Assembly: GCA_026014565.1 (NCBI GenBank)
Contig: JAOZIB010000018.1
Span: 131,042-195,041 of the forward strand
Direction: 5' to 3'
From: Candidatus Bathyarchaeum sp.
Lineage (GTDB): Archaea; Thermoproteota; Bathyarchaeia; Bathyarchaeales; Bathyarchaeaceae
DNA: 64,000 nucleotides
Positions 53,715-62,710 of this stretch are shown in pieces (positions within the stretch are counted from its first letter, which is position 1; every line of letters begins with the position of its first letter). The translations under genes were made by a program, and so were the position numbers. Under the pieces are notes generated by a model that saw only the letters and a list, made by a program, of their open reading frames with translations, was not told where the DNA came from and did not search any database.

Positions 53715-56312
53715 GTGGTTTTTGAAAATTTGATTGTTAATATTGAAGAAGAAATCGCCGCAGATGGTAGATTTACTGGTGGCAAAGGCTCTAATTTGGC
53801 TAAACTTTTCCAGATTCTTGGAGAAGGTAACGTTCCTTATGCTGTTATGGTTACTACTGAATTCGCAAAACTGCTATTACATGACCCCGAAATTGTTGAC
53901 TTAGTTACAAAATTAGATGCTGCTTTGAATGCTGATAATGAAAAAGAAGCAAAAAAGCTTGCAGAAAAAATAATTGAAGTAATTGAAAACATCAAAACTC
54001 AGCCGAAACTCCTTGAGCTGTTAGACAAAAAAATATGTGAACTAAAAAAGAAAGTCGGACGCGGTCGTGTTGCCGTTCGAAGCTCAGGAATCACCGAAGA
54101 TATGGCTACTGCCGCTTTTGCAGGGCAGTTTGACACTTATCTGAATGTTCAACTTGAGTCCTCTAGTGTAATCAAAAATGTTTTGAAATGTATTGGCTCT
54201 GCTTTTGGCTGGAGAGTTATAGATTACCGACAAGACTTACGCAAGAAAAACATTTTGGACTTGTCAGAAGTTGACTTACTCAATCAAGGTTTGATTTCTG
54301 TTGTAATTCAAACTATGATTGATTCTGAAAAGTCTGGTGTTGCTTTCTCAATTGATCCTAACACTGGCAATCGAAATGTTGGGGTAATCCAAGCCGTTTA
54401 TGGTTTAGGAGAGATGATAGTTCAAGGAAAAGAAAGTGCATCTTGGACTGGTTTTATCAAAGACCCCGAAGTCAGACTTCTTGGAACAATTGCCCCCAAA
54501 AATCCCCAAAAAGAAAAGATGGTTTACGACCCAAAAACCAAAACAAACGTCGAGATTCCTGTAGGCAAAATCGATCCTAAAGTAATAACTCCTGAGGAAG
54601 CAATTCAAGTTGCAAACCACGTTACTTGTATCGAAAAAAGTTATGGAAAACCCATGGACATAGAATATGCGGTTGAAAAGGGAAAAGTTTTCATCACTCA
54701 GGCTCGTCCAGAAACGGTTCATGCTACTCGAACTGTGTTGACTCTTTTCAAGCTTAAAGAAAAACCTAAAACCAAGCCCATTTACGTTGGTATCCCTGTT
54801 GGAACAAAAATTGCATCGGGTATTGTTGCAAAAGCAGATGACACCGAAGAAGCCGTAAAAGAAATCGAAGAATGCAACAAGAAGGGAATACGACCAATGC
54901 TTGTTACTTCCATGACTACTCCTGACTGGGAAGTTGTCATGAGCCTCGAAAAAGTTTCTGCCTTGATATGTGAACGGGGAAACCGTACTTCTCATGCTGC
55001 TATCGTTTCTCGAGAACGTGGGATACCTTGTGCAGTTGCAACCGTTGGCGCTCTTACTTTGGATGCTGGGGAAGAAATCACCTTAGATTGTACCTCAGGT
55101 GATGCTCGAATATATGCTGGACAAATTCCTTTTGAAGTCCAAGAAATCGAACTCAAAGAAATTCCTGAGACAGAAACAAAAGTAATGGTAAACATTGCAA
55201 GCCCAGATGAAGCATTGCATGTAAGTCAGTTGCCCTCTCAGGGTAGCTCTCTTGTCCGTATTGAATTCGTAGTTTCTAACGCCGAATTGCACCCCGTATT
55301 TGCTCTGCGTGCAGACAGCCTTGGTCCTGAGCGATGGGCAGATGATATTAAAGAAAAGTATCCAATGGTAGCCTCTCTGGTTGACGAATATGTTACCCGA
55401 TTGAAAGCTGGTATATCGATAATTGCTGGAGCCTTTAAGCCTCGTAAGGTCATTATTCGGTTTTCTGATTTCAAAACAAATGAATATGCATCCCTTCCAG
55501 GAGCATCTTATTATGACATAAGCTGTAACTGTGGAAAGAGTATCTCTTTGGGTCCAATCGAAGTTTGTCCAGTATGTGGCTCTAAAAAAATTGAAGCTAA
55601 CAAAGTCGAACTTGAATTCCAAGAAAGCAACCCAATGATAGGCTTCCGAGGCGCTTCACGATACATCGACAAATTTTTCTGTGAGGCATATGCACTGGAA
55701 CTTGAGGCTTTCATAGAAGTTCATAAACTAGGCTTGACTAATGCCGTTCCAATGGTTCCCTTTGTTCGCACAACCAATGAAGCAGAAAAAGTAACTTCAA
55801 TGATAAAAAATGCATTCAACAAAAAAGGCGTAAAAGTGCCTGAGATAATTTTCATGGCAGAGGTTCCAAGTGTTTGCTTTATTCCAAAAATATTCTCTGA
55901 ATACTGTAACGGCTTTAGCATCGGAAGCAATGACCTAACCCAGCTAACCCTAGGAATCGACCGTGACAGCGAAAAAATCGCTTGGGAATTTGACGAATCC
56001 AACCCCGCAGTGAAAAAAGCTATCGAAATGCTATGTGAAGGTGCCCATTCAATGACTCCTGCAAGATATGTTGGAATCTGTGGTCAAGCACCAAGTGACT
56101 TGGGGAAGAATTTCCTCAAATTCTTGACTATGCATCTTGATTCTATTGGTGTTAACCCTGACAAAGTTGTTGAAACATTGCTCTCAGTAAAAGAAATAGA
56201 AACTGAACTAAAAGACATCATCAACAAAAACAACAAAGACCCAAGTAAAATCGCCGAAGAATTAGAAATCACAGAAATCAACGCCAAATATTTAATCACA
56301 AAATTTGCGTAA
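53715..56312 (+). CDS. ppsA: Phosphoenolpyruvate synthase (pyruvate, water dikinase) with a Cys4 insertion in the PEP/pyruvate domain
   Basis: ATP-grasp N-domain GGKGSNLAKL..VAVRSSGITEDM..FAGQFDTYLNV, phosphohistidine domain ERGNRTSHAAIVSRERGIPCAV, and TIM-barrel NPMIGFRGASRY, GFSIGSNDLTQLTLGIDRD and GICGQAPSD. GTG start. Confidence 0.85.
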   Translation: MVFENLIVNIEEEIAADGRFTGGKGSNLAKLFQILGEGNVPYAVMVTTEFAKLLLHDPEIVDLVTKLDAALNADNEKEAKKLAEKIIEVIENIKTQPKLLELLDKKICELKKKVGRGRVAVRSSGITEDMATAAFAGQFDTYLNVQLESSSVIKNVLKCIGSAFGWRVIDYRQDLRKKNILDLSEVDLLNQGLISVVIQTMIDSEKSGVAFSIDPNTGNRNVGVIQAVYGLGEMIVQGKESASWTGFIKDPEVRLLGTIAPKNPQKEKMVYDPKTKTNVEIPVGKIDPKVITPEEAIQVANHVTCIEKSYGKPMDIEYAVEKGKVFITQARPETVHATRTVLTLFKLKEKPKTKPIYVGIPVGTKIASGIVAKADDTEEAVKEIEECNKKGIRPMLVTSMTTPDWEVVMSLEKVSALICERGNRTSHAAIVSRERGIPCAVATVGALTLDAGEEITLDCTSGDARIYAGQIPFEVQEIELKEIPETETKVMVNIASPDEALHVSQLPSQGSSLVRIEFVVSNAELHPVFALRADSLGPERWADDIKEKYPMVASLVDEYVTRLKAGISIIAGAFKPRKVIIRFSDFKTNEYASLPGASYYDISCNCGKSISLGPIEVCPVCGSKKIEANKVELEFQESNPMIGFRGASRYIDKFFCEAYALELEAFIEVHKLGLTNAVPMVPFVRTTNEAEKVTSMIKNAFNKKGVKVPEIIFMAEVPSVCFIPKIFSEYCNGFSIGSNDLTQLTLGIDRDSEKIAWEFDESNPAVKKAIEMLCEGAHSMTPARYVGICGQAPSDLGKNFLKFLTMHLDSIGVNPDKVVETLLSVKEIETELKDIINKNNKDPSKIAEELEITEINAKYLITKFA

Positions 56313-56430
56313 TTGTCTGAAGGTTAAATAACCTGATTGTTACTTTTTTCAAGTAATGATCATGAAAGATTTTGCTTCTTTATGAGAAGCAATTCCTTCT
56401 GATTTCTATGCATCAACTGTCGGATGAAAA

Positions 56431-57435
56431 ATGTCCTTTGATTTTGAAGAAGACCGCCTCAAAGAGGAACTATCAAAACGAAATCCAAAAATTGTGTTAT
56501 TACAGCTTCCCGAAGGACTAAAACCTCAAGCTCCTTTTTTGACAAAAATTGTTGAAGAAGCTGGAGCCTTACCTATTGTTTCCTCTGACCCTTGTTATGG
56601 TGCATGTGATTTGGCTGTTTCTGAAGCCAAGCTTTTGGGAGTAGATTTAATCATACATTATGGCCACACTGCAATGATCCACAATTCTGAGGTTCCAACC
56701 GTTTATCTGGAAGCCCCAATTAAACTTGAAATTAATGAATTGATAACAAAAACCTTGCCTTTACTTGAAGAATGGACCAAAATTGGTTTAATCACCACTG
56801 TTCAACATATTAACCAGTTGGATGAGGCCAAAAAGCTGTTAGAATCTGCAGGAAAAACTGTTTTTGTTGGAAATGCTGGTCATCTCAAATATCCGGGACA
56901 GATTCTTGGATGTGACTTTAGTAACGCAGTAGATGTTTTGGAAAATGTTGATGCCTACGTTTTTCTGGGCGGTGGAAGATTTCATGCCATCGGCGTAGCC
57001 TTAACCACACGAAAGCCAACAATAATTGCTGATCCCTATGAACAGCTCGTTTTCTCAATTAATGACTATGCCCGACGCATCACAATGCAGCGTTGGGCTA
57101 ACATTTCTGAAGCCAAAAACGCGAAAAATTTTGGTATCTTAGTAAGCCTAAAACCTGGACAGATGAAATTTTCTGAGGCAAAAAAAATCAAAGCAAAACT
57201 GGAAGAAAAGGGATTTTCTGCTACTTTGTTTGCTCTAAGAGAAATTTCACCCCGTTCTTTGATGCAGTTTCCCACGATTGATGGCTTTGTGAATACTGCT
57301 TGTCCTAGGTTAGCTTTGGATGATGCCCCTAATTTTGATAAACCAATTTTGTCGATTAATGAAACACTTGTCCTGTTAGGAGACCTAAAATGGGAAGATT
57401 TCCTCAAAAACGGTTGGTTCGAAAACGCGACTTAG
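56431..57435 (+). CDS. dph2: Diphthamide synthesis protein Dph2 (2-(3-amino-3-carboxypropyl)histidine synthase)
   Basis: VLLQLPEGLK, SSDPCYGACD, and a three-domain repeat with conserved Cys. Confidence 0.85.
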   Translation: MSFDFEEDRLKEELSKRNPKIVLLQLPEGLKPQAPFLTKIVEEAGALPIVSSDPCYGACDLAVSEAKLLGVDLIIHYGHTAMIHNSEVPTVYLEAPIKLEINELITKTLPLLEEWTKIGLITTVQHINQLDEAKKLLESAGKTVFVGNAGHLKYPGQILGCDFSNAVDVLENVDAYVFLGGGRFHAIGVALTTRKPTIIADPYEQLVFSINDYARRITMQRWANISEAKNAKNFGILVSLKPGQMKFSEAKKIKAKLEEKGFSATLFALREISPRSLMQFPTIDGFVNTACPRLALDDAPNFDKPILSINETLVLLGDLKWEDFLKNGWFENAT

Positions 57436-58034
57436 AAATGACGCTTTCATCAATTGAAGCTAATCCAAACCCTAAAGCTCACCTTGAACAGTATGCTACC
57501 CCATCCACTGTTGCGGCGGATACCTTGCATGTGGCAGCATATGTTTTTGATGACATTATTGATAAAACTGTGATGGAATTAGGTTGTGGAACTGCTCGTT
57601 TAGCCCTTGGGGCAGCTTATTTAGGGGCAAAAGAAGTCTTTGGGGTGGATATCGATCCTGTTGCCGTTAAGATTGCTCAAAAAAATGCTGAAATAATGAA
57701 TTCTAAAGAGAAAACTAATTGGATCGTGGGGGACATCGATGTGGTTCGTGGTACTTTTGATATTGTTTTACAAAATCCTCCTTTTGGAGTTCAAAAAAGA
57801 AGAGCCGATAGGAGGTTCATAGTTAAAGCATTGGAGTTAGCTAACACAATTTATTCCTTTCACAAAAGCGGAGAGAGCAACCGTGCCTTTATCAAAAGGT
57901 TTATTGAGGAGCACGGCGGAAAAATAACTAACATATTTCCAGTGCCAATGGAAATTCCTTGGATGTTTAAGTTTCACACAAAGAAAAAACAAATTACACA
58001 CGTGGATTTGTATCGAATAGAAGGAAAACGTTAA
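57390..58034 (+). CDS. METTL5/COG2263-like N6-adenine methyltransferase
   Basis: KRDLEMTLS.....P...LEQYATP, ELGCGT, VDID and the NPPFG catalytic motif (VLQNPPFGVQ). Overlaps the dph2 end by 46 nt. Confidence 0.7.
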   Translation: MGRFPQKRLVRKRDLEMTLSSIEANPNPKAHLEQYATPSTVAADTLHVAAYVFDDIIDKTVMELGCGTARLALGAAYLGAKEVFGVDIDPVAVKIAQKNAEIMNSKEKTNWIVGDIDVVRGTFDIVLQNPPFGVQKRRADRRFIVKALELANTIYSFHKSGESNRAFIKRFIEEHGGKITNIFPVPMEIPWMFKFHTKKKQITHVDLYRIEGKR

Positions 58035-58627
58035 TGACAGAATCTGAAAGAAAAAGTGGCCTCTTTGTCGTTCCCGGAGACAGTTTAGGCGTAATAGAAG
58101 AGTTTACTTCCGGACCCGGAACATATGTTGAAGACGGCGTTATTCACTCCAAAATTACTGGTCGAACTTTGCTAGACATGTTAAATCGAGAAGTTTCAGT
58201 TTATCCTCTTGTAACATCTGCAACTTTTCCTAAGGTTGGTGACATAGTATTTGGAATGGTTTCAGACGTAAAAAGCAAAAATGCGGTTTTAGACATTACT
58301 CATGTTGGAGACAAAAAAATTTCCGGCAATTTCAAAGGCATGTTACACATTTCTGGTGTAAGTCATGGCTATGTAGATAACATGTTCAACATCTGTAAAG
58401 CAGGTGACATCATGCGCGCCAGAATAATTAGTACAGAAAACAGGTCTTTCTTTTTGGGAACAACCTCTCGAGAATTAGGAGTAATATTTGCTTTGTGTTC
58501 AATATGTGGGAATTCCCTAGCTCCTGGAAATCGTGGGCTGAGTTGTTCTAACTGTGGGAGTATTGAAAGAAGAAAAGTAGCTCCTGATTACGGAAAAGAA
58601 AACATGACAATTAGTGAGGTTGAATGA
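58034..58627 (+). CDS. csl4: Exosome complex RNA-binding subunit Csl4
   Basis: N-terminal VVPGDSLGVIEEF.SG.GTY, S1 domain (GDIVFGMV), and C-terminal zinc ribbon CSICGNSL....LSCSNCG. Confidence 0.85.
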   Translation: MTESERKSGLFVVPGDSLGVIEEFTSGPGTYVEDGVIHSKITGRTLLDMLNREVSVYPLVTSATFPKVGDIVFGMVSDVKSKNAVLDITHVGDKKISGNFKGMLHISGVSHGYVDNMFNICKAGDIMRARIISTENRSFFLGTTSRELGVIFALCSICGNSLAPGNRGLSCSNCGSIERRKVAPDYGKENMTISEVE

Positions 58628-58628
58628 A

Positions 58629-58922
58629 ATGAAAGTTAATGTTGTAAAAAGTTCAGACAATGAAATAAAACTTGAAATTGAAGGTGCAGGGCACTCCCTT
58701 TTGAATGTTCTACAAAAGACTCTTTTGCAAGACTCGAAAATTGAAGTAGCTGGATATCATGTGCCTCATCCTTTGATTGATAAAGGAGTGTTGTTTGTTC
58801 ACACCAAGGATAAAGTGAAGCCTGAAGATGCAATACTTGAGGCCACACAGAAAGTTCTTGACCTTAGCAAGGATTTTGAGACTTCTTTCAAGAAGGCATC
58901 TAAAGCCTACAAAGCTGAATAA
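58629..58922 (+). CDS. rpoL: RNA polymerase subunit Rpo11 (RpoL)
   Basis: IKLEIEGAGHSLLNVLQKTLLQDSKIEVAGYHVPHPL. The track ORF starts at GTG 58614. The ATG at 58629 follows a GTGAGGT SD-like motif. Confidence 0.85.
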   Translation: MKVNVVKSSDNEIKLEIEGAGHSLLNVLQKTLLQDSKIEVAGYHVPHPLIDKGVLFVHTKDKVKPEDAILEATQKVLDLSKDFETSFKKASKAYKAE

Positions 58923-58925
58923 TTT

Positions 58926-59300
58926 TTATTTTTTACTTTTTGTTCTGGCCACCAGTAGAAGTTTGCAAAAGGCTTCTATTTCGTCTTCTGTTTGTTCAAG
59001 GATTTCTAAACCTTCTTCCATTGTCATTGAACCTTGTATCCATGGGTATACAATTAGTGCCTCTGCCGCGTCTGCTTGTTTATGGCGGTCGATTCTTGAG
59101 GGTAAGAATTTTCGTAAATCTGCTTTTTTAAATGCATCTGCAAGTAAACGCCCTTTTACTTTAACTCCTGTAGCTTCACCAATTTTTTTTGATAATGCCA
59201 AAGAATAAAGAAAATTCACGTACGAATCCCCTAATTTGGCGAGTTTATGATCCATCAAAATTTCACTAAGATTTTCGTGGTTTTTTATGAATGTAACCAT
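58926..59300 (-). CDS. Hypothetical protein with an RNase III-like signature (tentative)
   Basis: LAKLGDSYVNFLYSL resembles the RNase III signature (E.LEFLGDS), and DAAEALI resembles the second acidic motif. Weak evidence, from memory only. Confidence 0.3.
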   Translation of the reverse strand: MVTFIKNHENLSEILMDHKLAKLGDSYVNFLYSLALSKKIGEATGVKVKGRLLADAFKKADLRKFLPSRIDRHKQADAAEALIVYPWIQGSMTMEEGLEILEQTEDEIEAFCKLLLVARTKSKK

Positions 59301-59380
59301 GTGCTTCCCTGCTTGTTAGACTCTAGTAATGTGTAAACAAAATTTAAAGGCTAAGTAAACTGAATTAATGAAGAACACTT

Positions 59381-59968
59381 TTGCCTCTGAAGCGTTTTCA
59401 ATCTGTAAAGTCTGAAATTCGTGTGTTAGGAATTGATGATGGAAAGTTTGTTCCTCACACTAAAGGTATAGTGGATATTGTGGGAGTTGTCTATCGTGGT
59501 GCTCATTCTTTTGATGGCATAATGAAGACAAAAATAACAATTGATGGTTTTGATGCAACAGAAAAATTTGCTTTAATGATTAAAAACTCTCCTTATTATG
59601 AAGAAATTCGGGTAGTGGTTTTGGATGGTGTTACTTTTGGTGGCTTCAATGTTGTAGACATTAGCGAACTTTTCAGCTTGATTGATGTGCCTATTATCTC
59701 GATTGCGCGAAAAAAACCTAACATGGAGAATATAAAGGCGGCTTTACAAAATCTTACTGACTTTGATGTCCGATGGGCAATTATGAAGAATATGGGTGAA
59801 CCCTTTGAGGTTGAAGTTAAACCTGAATTAAATCCTGTTTATTTGCATTTAGCTGGTATTTTGTGTGAAGATGCAAAAATGATCCTAAAAAAAGCTTCAT
59901 CTATTGCTAATATTCCTGAAGCGCTACGGGTAGCACATTTAATTGCTTCTGGTCTAAGTCCGATATAA
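59381..59968 (+). CDS. UPF0215/DUF99-family protein
   Basis: IRVLGIDDGKF......V.IVGVVYRG....DG, typical of archaeal DUF99 by recollection. TTG start. Confidence 0.55.
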   Translation: MPLKRFQSVKSEIRVLGIDDGKFVPHTKGIVDIVGVVYRGAHSFDGIMKTKITIDGFDATEKFALMIKNSPYYEEIRVVVLDGVTFGGFNVVDISELFSLIDVPIISIARKKPNMENIKAALQNLTDFDVRWAIMKNMGEPFEVEVKPELNPVYLHLAGILCEDAKMILKKASSIANIPEALRVAHLIASGLSPI

Positions 59969-60019
59969 AGCAAAGATTTAAATCATTAAAGTGCAACCCA
60001 GATTGCGCAGAACCATGAG

Positions 60020-60376
60020 GTGAATAGCGTGGAGTTTTGTCCTGATTGTGGAATGCGACTTGTTTCACGTCGCGATAAGAAATCAAAAAAACCAGTTTTC
60101 TATCTTGTATGCCCGAAATGTGGCTACAAACGAGAAACTGGAGAAAAACCATCAGTTACCCCTAAAACAATCGACCATTCCGTTGATGCCTCCATAGCTA
60201 TTATTGATAAAGAGCAACAAAAACTGCGAACTTTGCCCACTGTAAGAATTGAGTGCCCCAAATGTGGGAACAATACAGCATATGCATGGCAAGTACAGAC
60301 CCGTGGGACTGACGAATCTTCTACACAGTTTTTCCGTTGTACAAAATGTAACTATACTTTCCGTGAATACAGCTAA
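60020..60376 (+). CDS. tfs: Transcription factor S (TFS) / RpoM-like
   Basis: N-terminal zinc ribbon FCPDCG...CPKCG and C-terminal ribbon CPKCGNNTAYAWQVQTRGTDESSTQFFRCTKCNYTFREY, with an acidic loop DE. Confidence 0.9.
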   Translation: MNSVEFCPDCGMRLVSRRDKKSKKPVFYLVCPKCGYKRETGEKPSVTPKTIDHSVDASIAIIDKEQQKLRTLPTVRIECPKCGNNTAYAWQVQTRGTDESSTQFFRCTKCNYTFREYS

Positions 60377-60486
60377 TCATTTTTTGCTGTAAAAACGGTC
60401 TAATTTTTTTCTTTTTATTGTTTAGGTTTAGGAATCAAACACCTTAAATTATAGGTAGTTTAAACATAAATGCTAACGGAGATTTG

Positions 60487-61245
60487 ATGATGTTCAAGGC
60501 GAAAATGGCTGATGCAAAATTTTTGAAGGACATGATGGGTGCCATTTCGATACTAGTAGACGAAGCAACTTTTGATGTGACTCCTGAGGGAATGAAGCTA
60601 CGTGCAATGGACCCCTCACGGGTAGCTATGGTTGATTTCGAATGGCCAAAAACCATATTTGATGAATATTCATGTGGCGAAGCAACGAAAATGTGTATCA
60701 ACATCAGTGAAATGCTAAAGTTACTTAGGCGCACAGGAAAAGACGAATCAGTTGAACTATCTTTAGACGAAAAAACTGGAAAACTAAAAATTGCAATCAA
60801 AGGAAACTATTCTCGTACTTTTAATATGCCTACTTTAGAAGCCATGGATGAAGAAGTTCCTACTCCAAAAGTTACCTTTAATGTGTGCGCAAAAACTACA
60901 ACTCAGGGACTCCGTGAAGCAATTGAAGACGCTTCTTTGGTAAGTGACCATGTAAAAATTGAAGCTGAAAACGGCAAGATGACTCTGAACGCAACTGGGG
61001 ACATCATGGGTGCAAAAATTGAATTTGCTGAAGGCTCAGATGTCCTCTTGGAAATGAAAGCAAAAGAAGCTTCCAAGGCAACTTTTAGCTTGAGTTATCT
61101 CTCTGAAATAGTGAGGGCTGCTTTGCCTACTTCAGAAATTGTTATTATTGAATTTTCTACTGATATGCCAATCCAACTGGATTTCAAGCAAGAAAAAGAA
61201 GGAAAACTAAAGTTTTTCTTGGCTCCTAGAATAGAAGTAGAATAA
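60487..61245 (+). CDS. pcn: DNA polymerase sliding clamp PCNA
   Basis: MFKAKMADAKFLKDMMGAISILVDEATFDVTPEGMKLRAMDPSRVAMVDF, length of about 250 aa, and C-terminal FFLAPRIE. Confidence 0.9.
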   Translation: MMFKAKMADAKFLKDMMGAISILVDEATFDVTPEGMKLRAMDPSRVAMVDFEWPKTIFDEYSCGEATKMCINISEMLKLLRRTGKDESVELSLDEKTGKLKIAIKGNYSRTFNMPTLEAMDEEVPTPKVTFNVCAKTTTQGLREAIEDASLVSDHVKIEAENGKMTLNATGDIMGAKIEFAEGSDVLLEMKAKEASKATFSLSYLSEIVRAALPTSEIVIIEFSTDMPIQLDFKQEKEGKLKFFLAPRIEVE

Positions 61246-61335
61246 AAAATAATGTAGGAGGTTAAGCAGTTACTAACTGCTTACGACCGGGCAAAATATC
61301 CTTTCATTAAAGAGGCTGTTGATCACGTTAGGGAC

Positions 61336-62355
61336 ATGGGTCTAGATATTAGTGATTTAGAAAGTGACTTTTTTGTTCCCTTCTTGGACCGAGCAGAAAA
61401 ACGTGTTCAAGAAGCTTTACTTGATTTGTCTGCGTATTCCAAAACTCGCCCTCGTGATGAACCAAAAGAACATGAACTTGAACTTTTTTCTTTTCCCATA
61501 GCGGTTATGCTGGTTGTTGCCTCTGATGAGTCATTTATCAAAAACAGATATGCCTTAGCTGAAGCAAAACGTGCCTCTGCTTTGTTGGAAAGTGAAGAAA
61601 AAGAGAAATTGTTGAAAATTACGAACAATTTTGAATGGAATGCCAAAATGGTTGATGACCCTGCCTTACAACCGTATTCTTTTGCTGTTAATTTTCCAAT
61701 TTTTTTACGTAATGCAACTGGTTTTCAGGATAAGAACTGGAAACTTGTTAATCATCTTCTGATTGATGGGGATGTTTTTCTTACTAAACGTGAAGTAAGC
61801 CGTTTGTTGGAAGAAGAAGTAAGAAAATATATTGAAAATCGTCTTGATACGACAATCAGGTCTCTTCCTGTTGATTTGATGGAACGTGTCAATAAATTAA
61901 AGGAAATAGCTGCCGAAAAAGAAGAACAAATCCGTCTGGAACGAATGCCTGATAGAATTGTTATGGAAGCTTTTCCTCCTTGTATTCAGGGTGTTTATGA
62001 TAAGGTTTCGGCTGCTCGTCCGGTTTCTCACTTAGGTCGATTTGCATTAACATCTTTCATGTTAAGCATTGGTATGAGTTCAGAAGATGTTTTCAATTTC
62101 TTCCGCTCTGTTTCAGACTTCAATGAACGAATGACTCGCTATCAAGTTGAACACATTGCAGGCACTAGAGGCTCGGGCACAAAATACACTCCCCCGAATT
62201 GTGCCACTTTACGCACTCATGGAGTTTGCGTTTCCCGTGACCCTGAATGCCGGGGCGCAGTGAATCCTCTAATTTGTTACAAACGAAAATTGAAGAATAT
62301 CCCTGAAGAACAACCTAATGAAAAAGCTGAATCTACGTCTTCTGAAGGTGAATAA
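61336..62355 (+). CDS. priL: DNA primase large subunit PriL
   Basis: FPPCIQ and later Cys residues (CATLRTHGVCVSRDPEC) of the Fe-S domain. The conserved-looking N-terminal segment lies upstream of this ATG (see findings). Confidence 0.85.
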   Translation: MGLDISDLESDFFVPFLDRAEKRVQEALLDLSAYSKTRPRDEPKEHELELFSFPIAVMLVVASDESFIKNRYALAEAKRASALLESEEKEKLLKITNNFEWNAKMVDDPALQPYSFAVNFPIFLRNATGFQDKNWKLVNHLLIDGDVFLTKREVSRLLEEEVRKYIENRLDTTIRSLPVDLMERVNKLKEIAAEKEEQIRLERMPDRIVMEAFPPCIQGVYDKVSAARPVSHLGRFALTSFMLSIGMSSEDVFNFFRSVSDFNERMTRYQVEHIAGTRGSGTKYTPPNCATLRTHGVCVSRDPECRGAVNPLICYKRKLKNIPEEQPNEKAESTSSEGE

Positions 62356-62358
62356 TTT

Positions 62359-62604
62359 TTAGTCGTCTTCGTATTCTGCTTTTGCTAGTTCTCCAGCTTG
62401 ACTGTCTTGGTATTCTTTTCGGTCTAAGCCAAGTTTCTTTTCCTTGTTGACTTCTCTTCCCAACATGAAACTATATTCTGCTTCTGTAATTTCGTCATTT
62501 TCCAGCATTTCATCTAATTGGTCTTTGTCGTAAATGTCCATGGTTTCAGTTTCTTCATCTTCTTCGGGAATAACCTTCTTTTTTTCTTTTTTCATCTTAC
62601 TCAA
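62359..62604 (-). CDS. Hypothetical small, highly acidic protein (81 aa)
   Basis: ORF only. K-rich N-terminus then D/E-rich. No family recognised. Sits between priL and priS on the opposite strand. Confidence 0.3.
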   Translation of the reverse strand: MSKMKKEKKKVIPEEDEETETMDIYDKDQLDEMLENDEITEAEYSFMLGREVNKEKKLGLDRKEYQDSQAGELAKAEYEDD

Positions 62605-62710
62605 AATGTAATATGTGGTGGTTTCATATAAAATTACAATATTAATAAAAAAATTTGATTTTAATTTTGTTTAAATATCAATTTTGATTATTGTAACCTG
62701 TGCGAAAAAC

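Noticed and set aside
59368-59390. ATGAAGA-12 nt-CTGA as a C/D-box half-mer.
   Set aside because: It overlaps the start of the DUF99-family CDS (59381) and has no C' or D partner boxes downstream.
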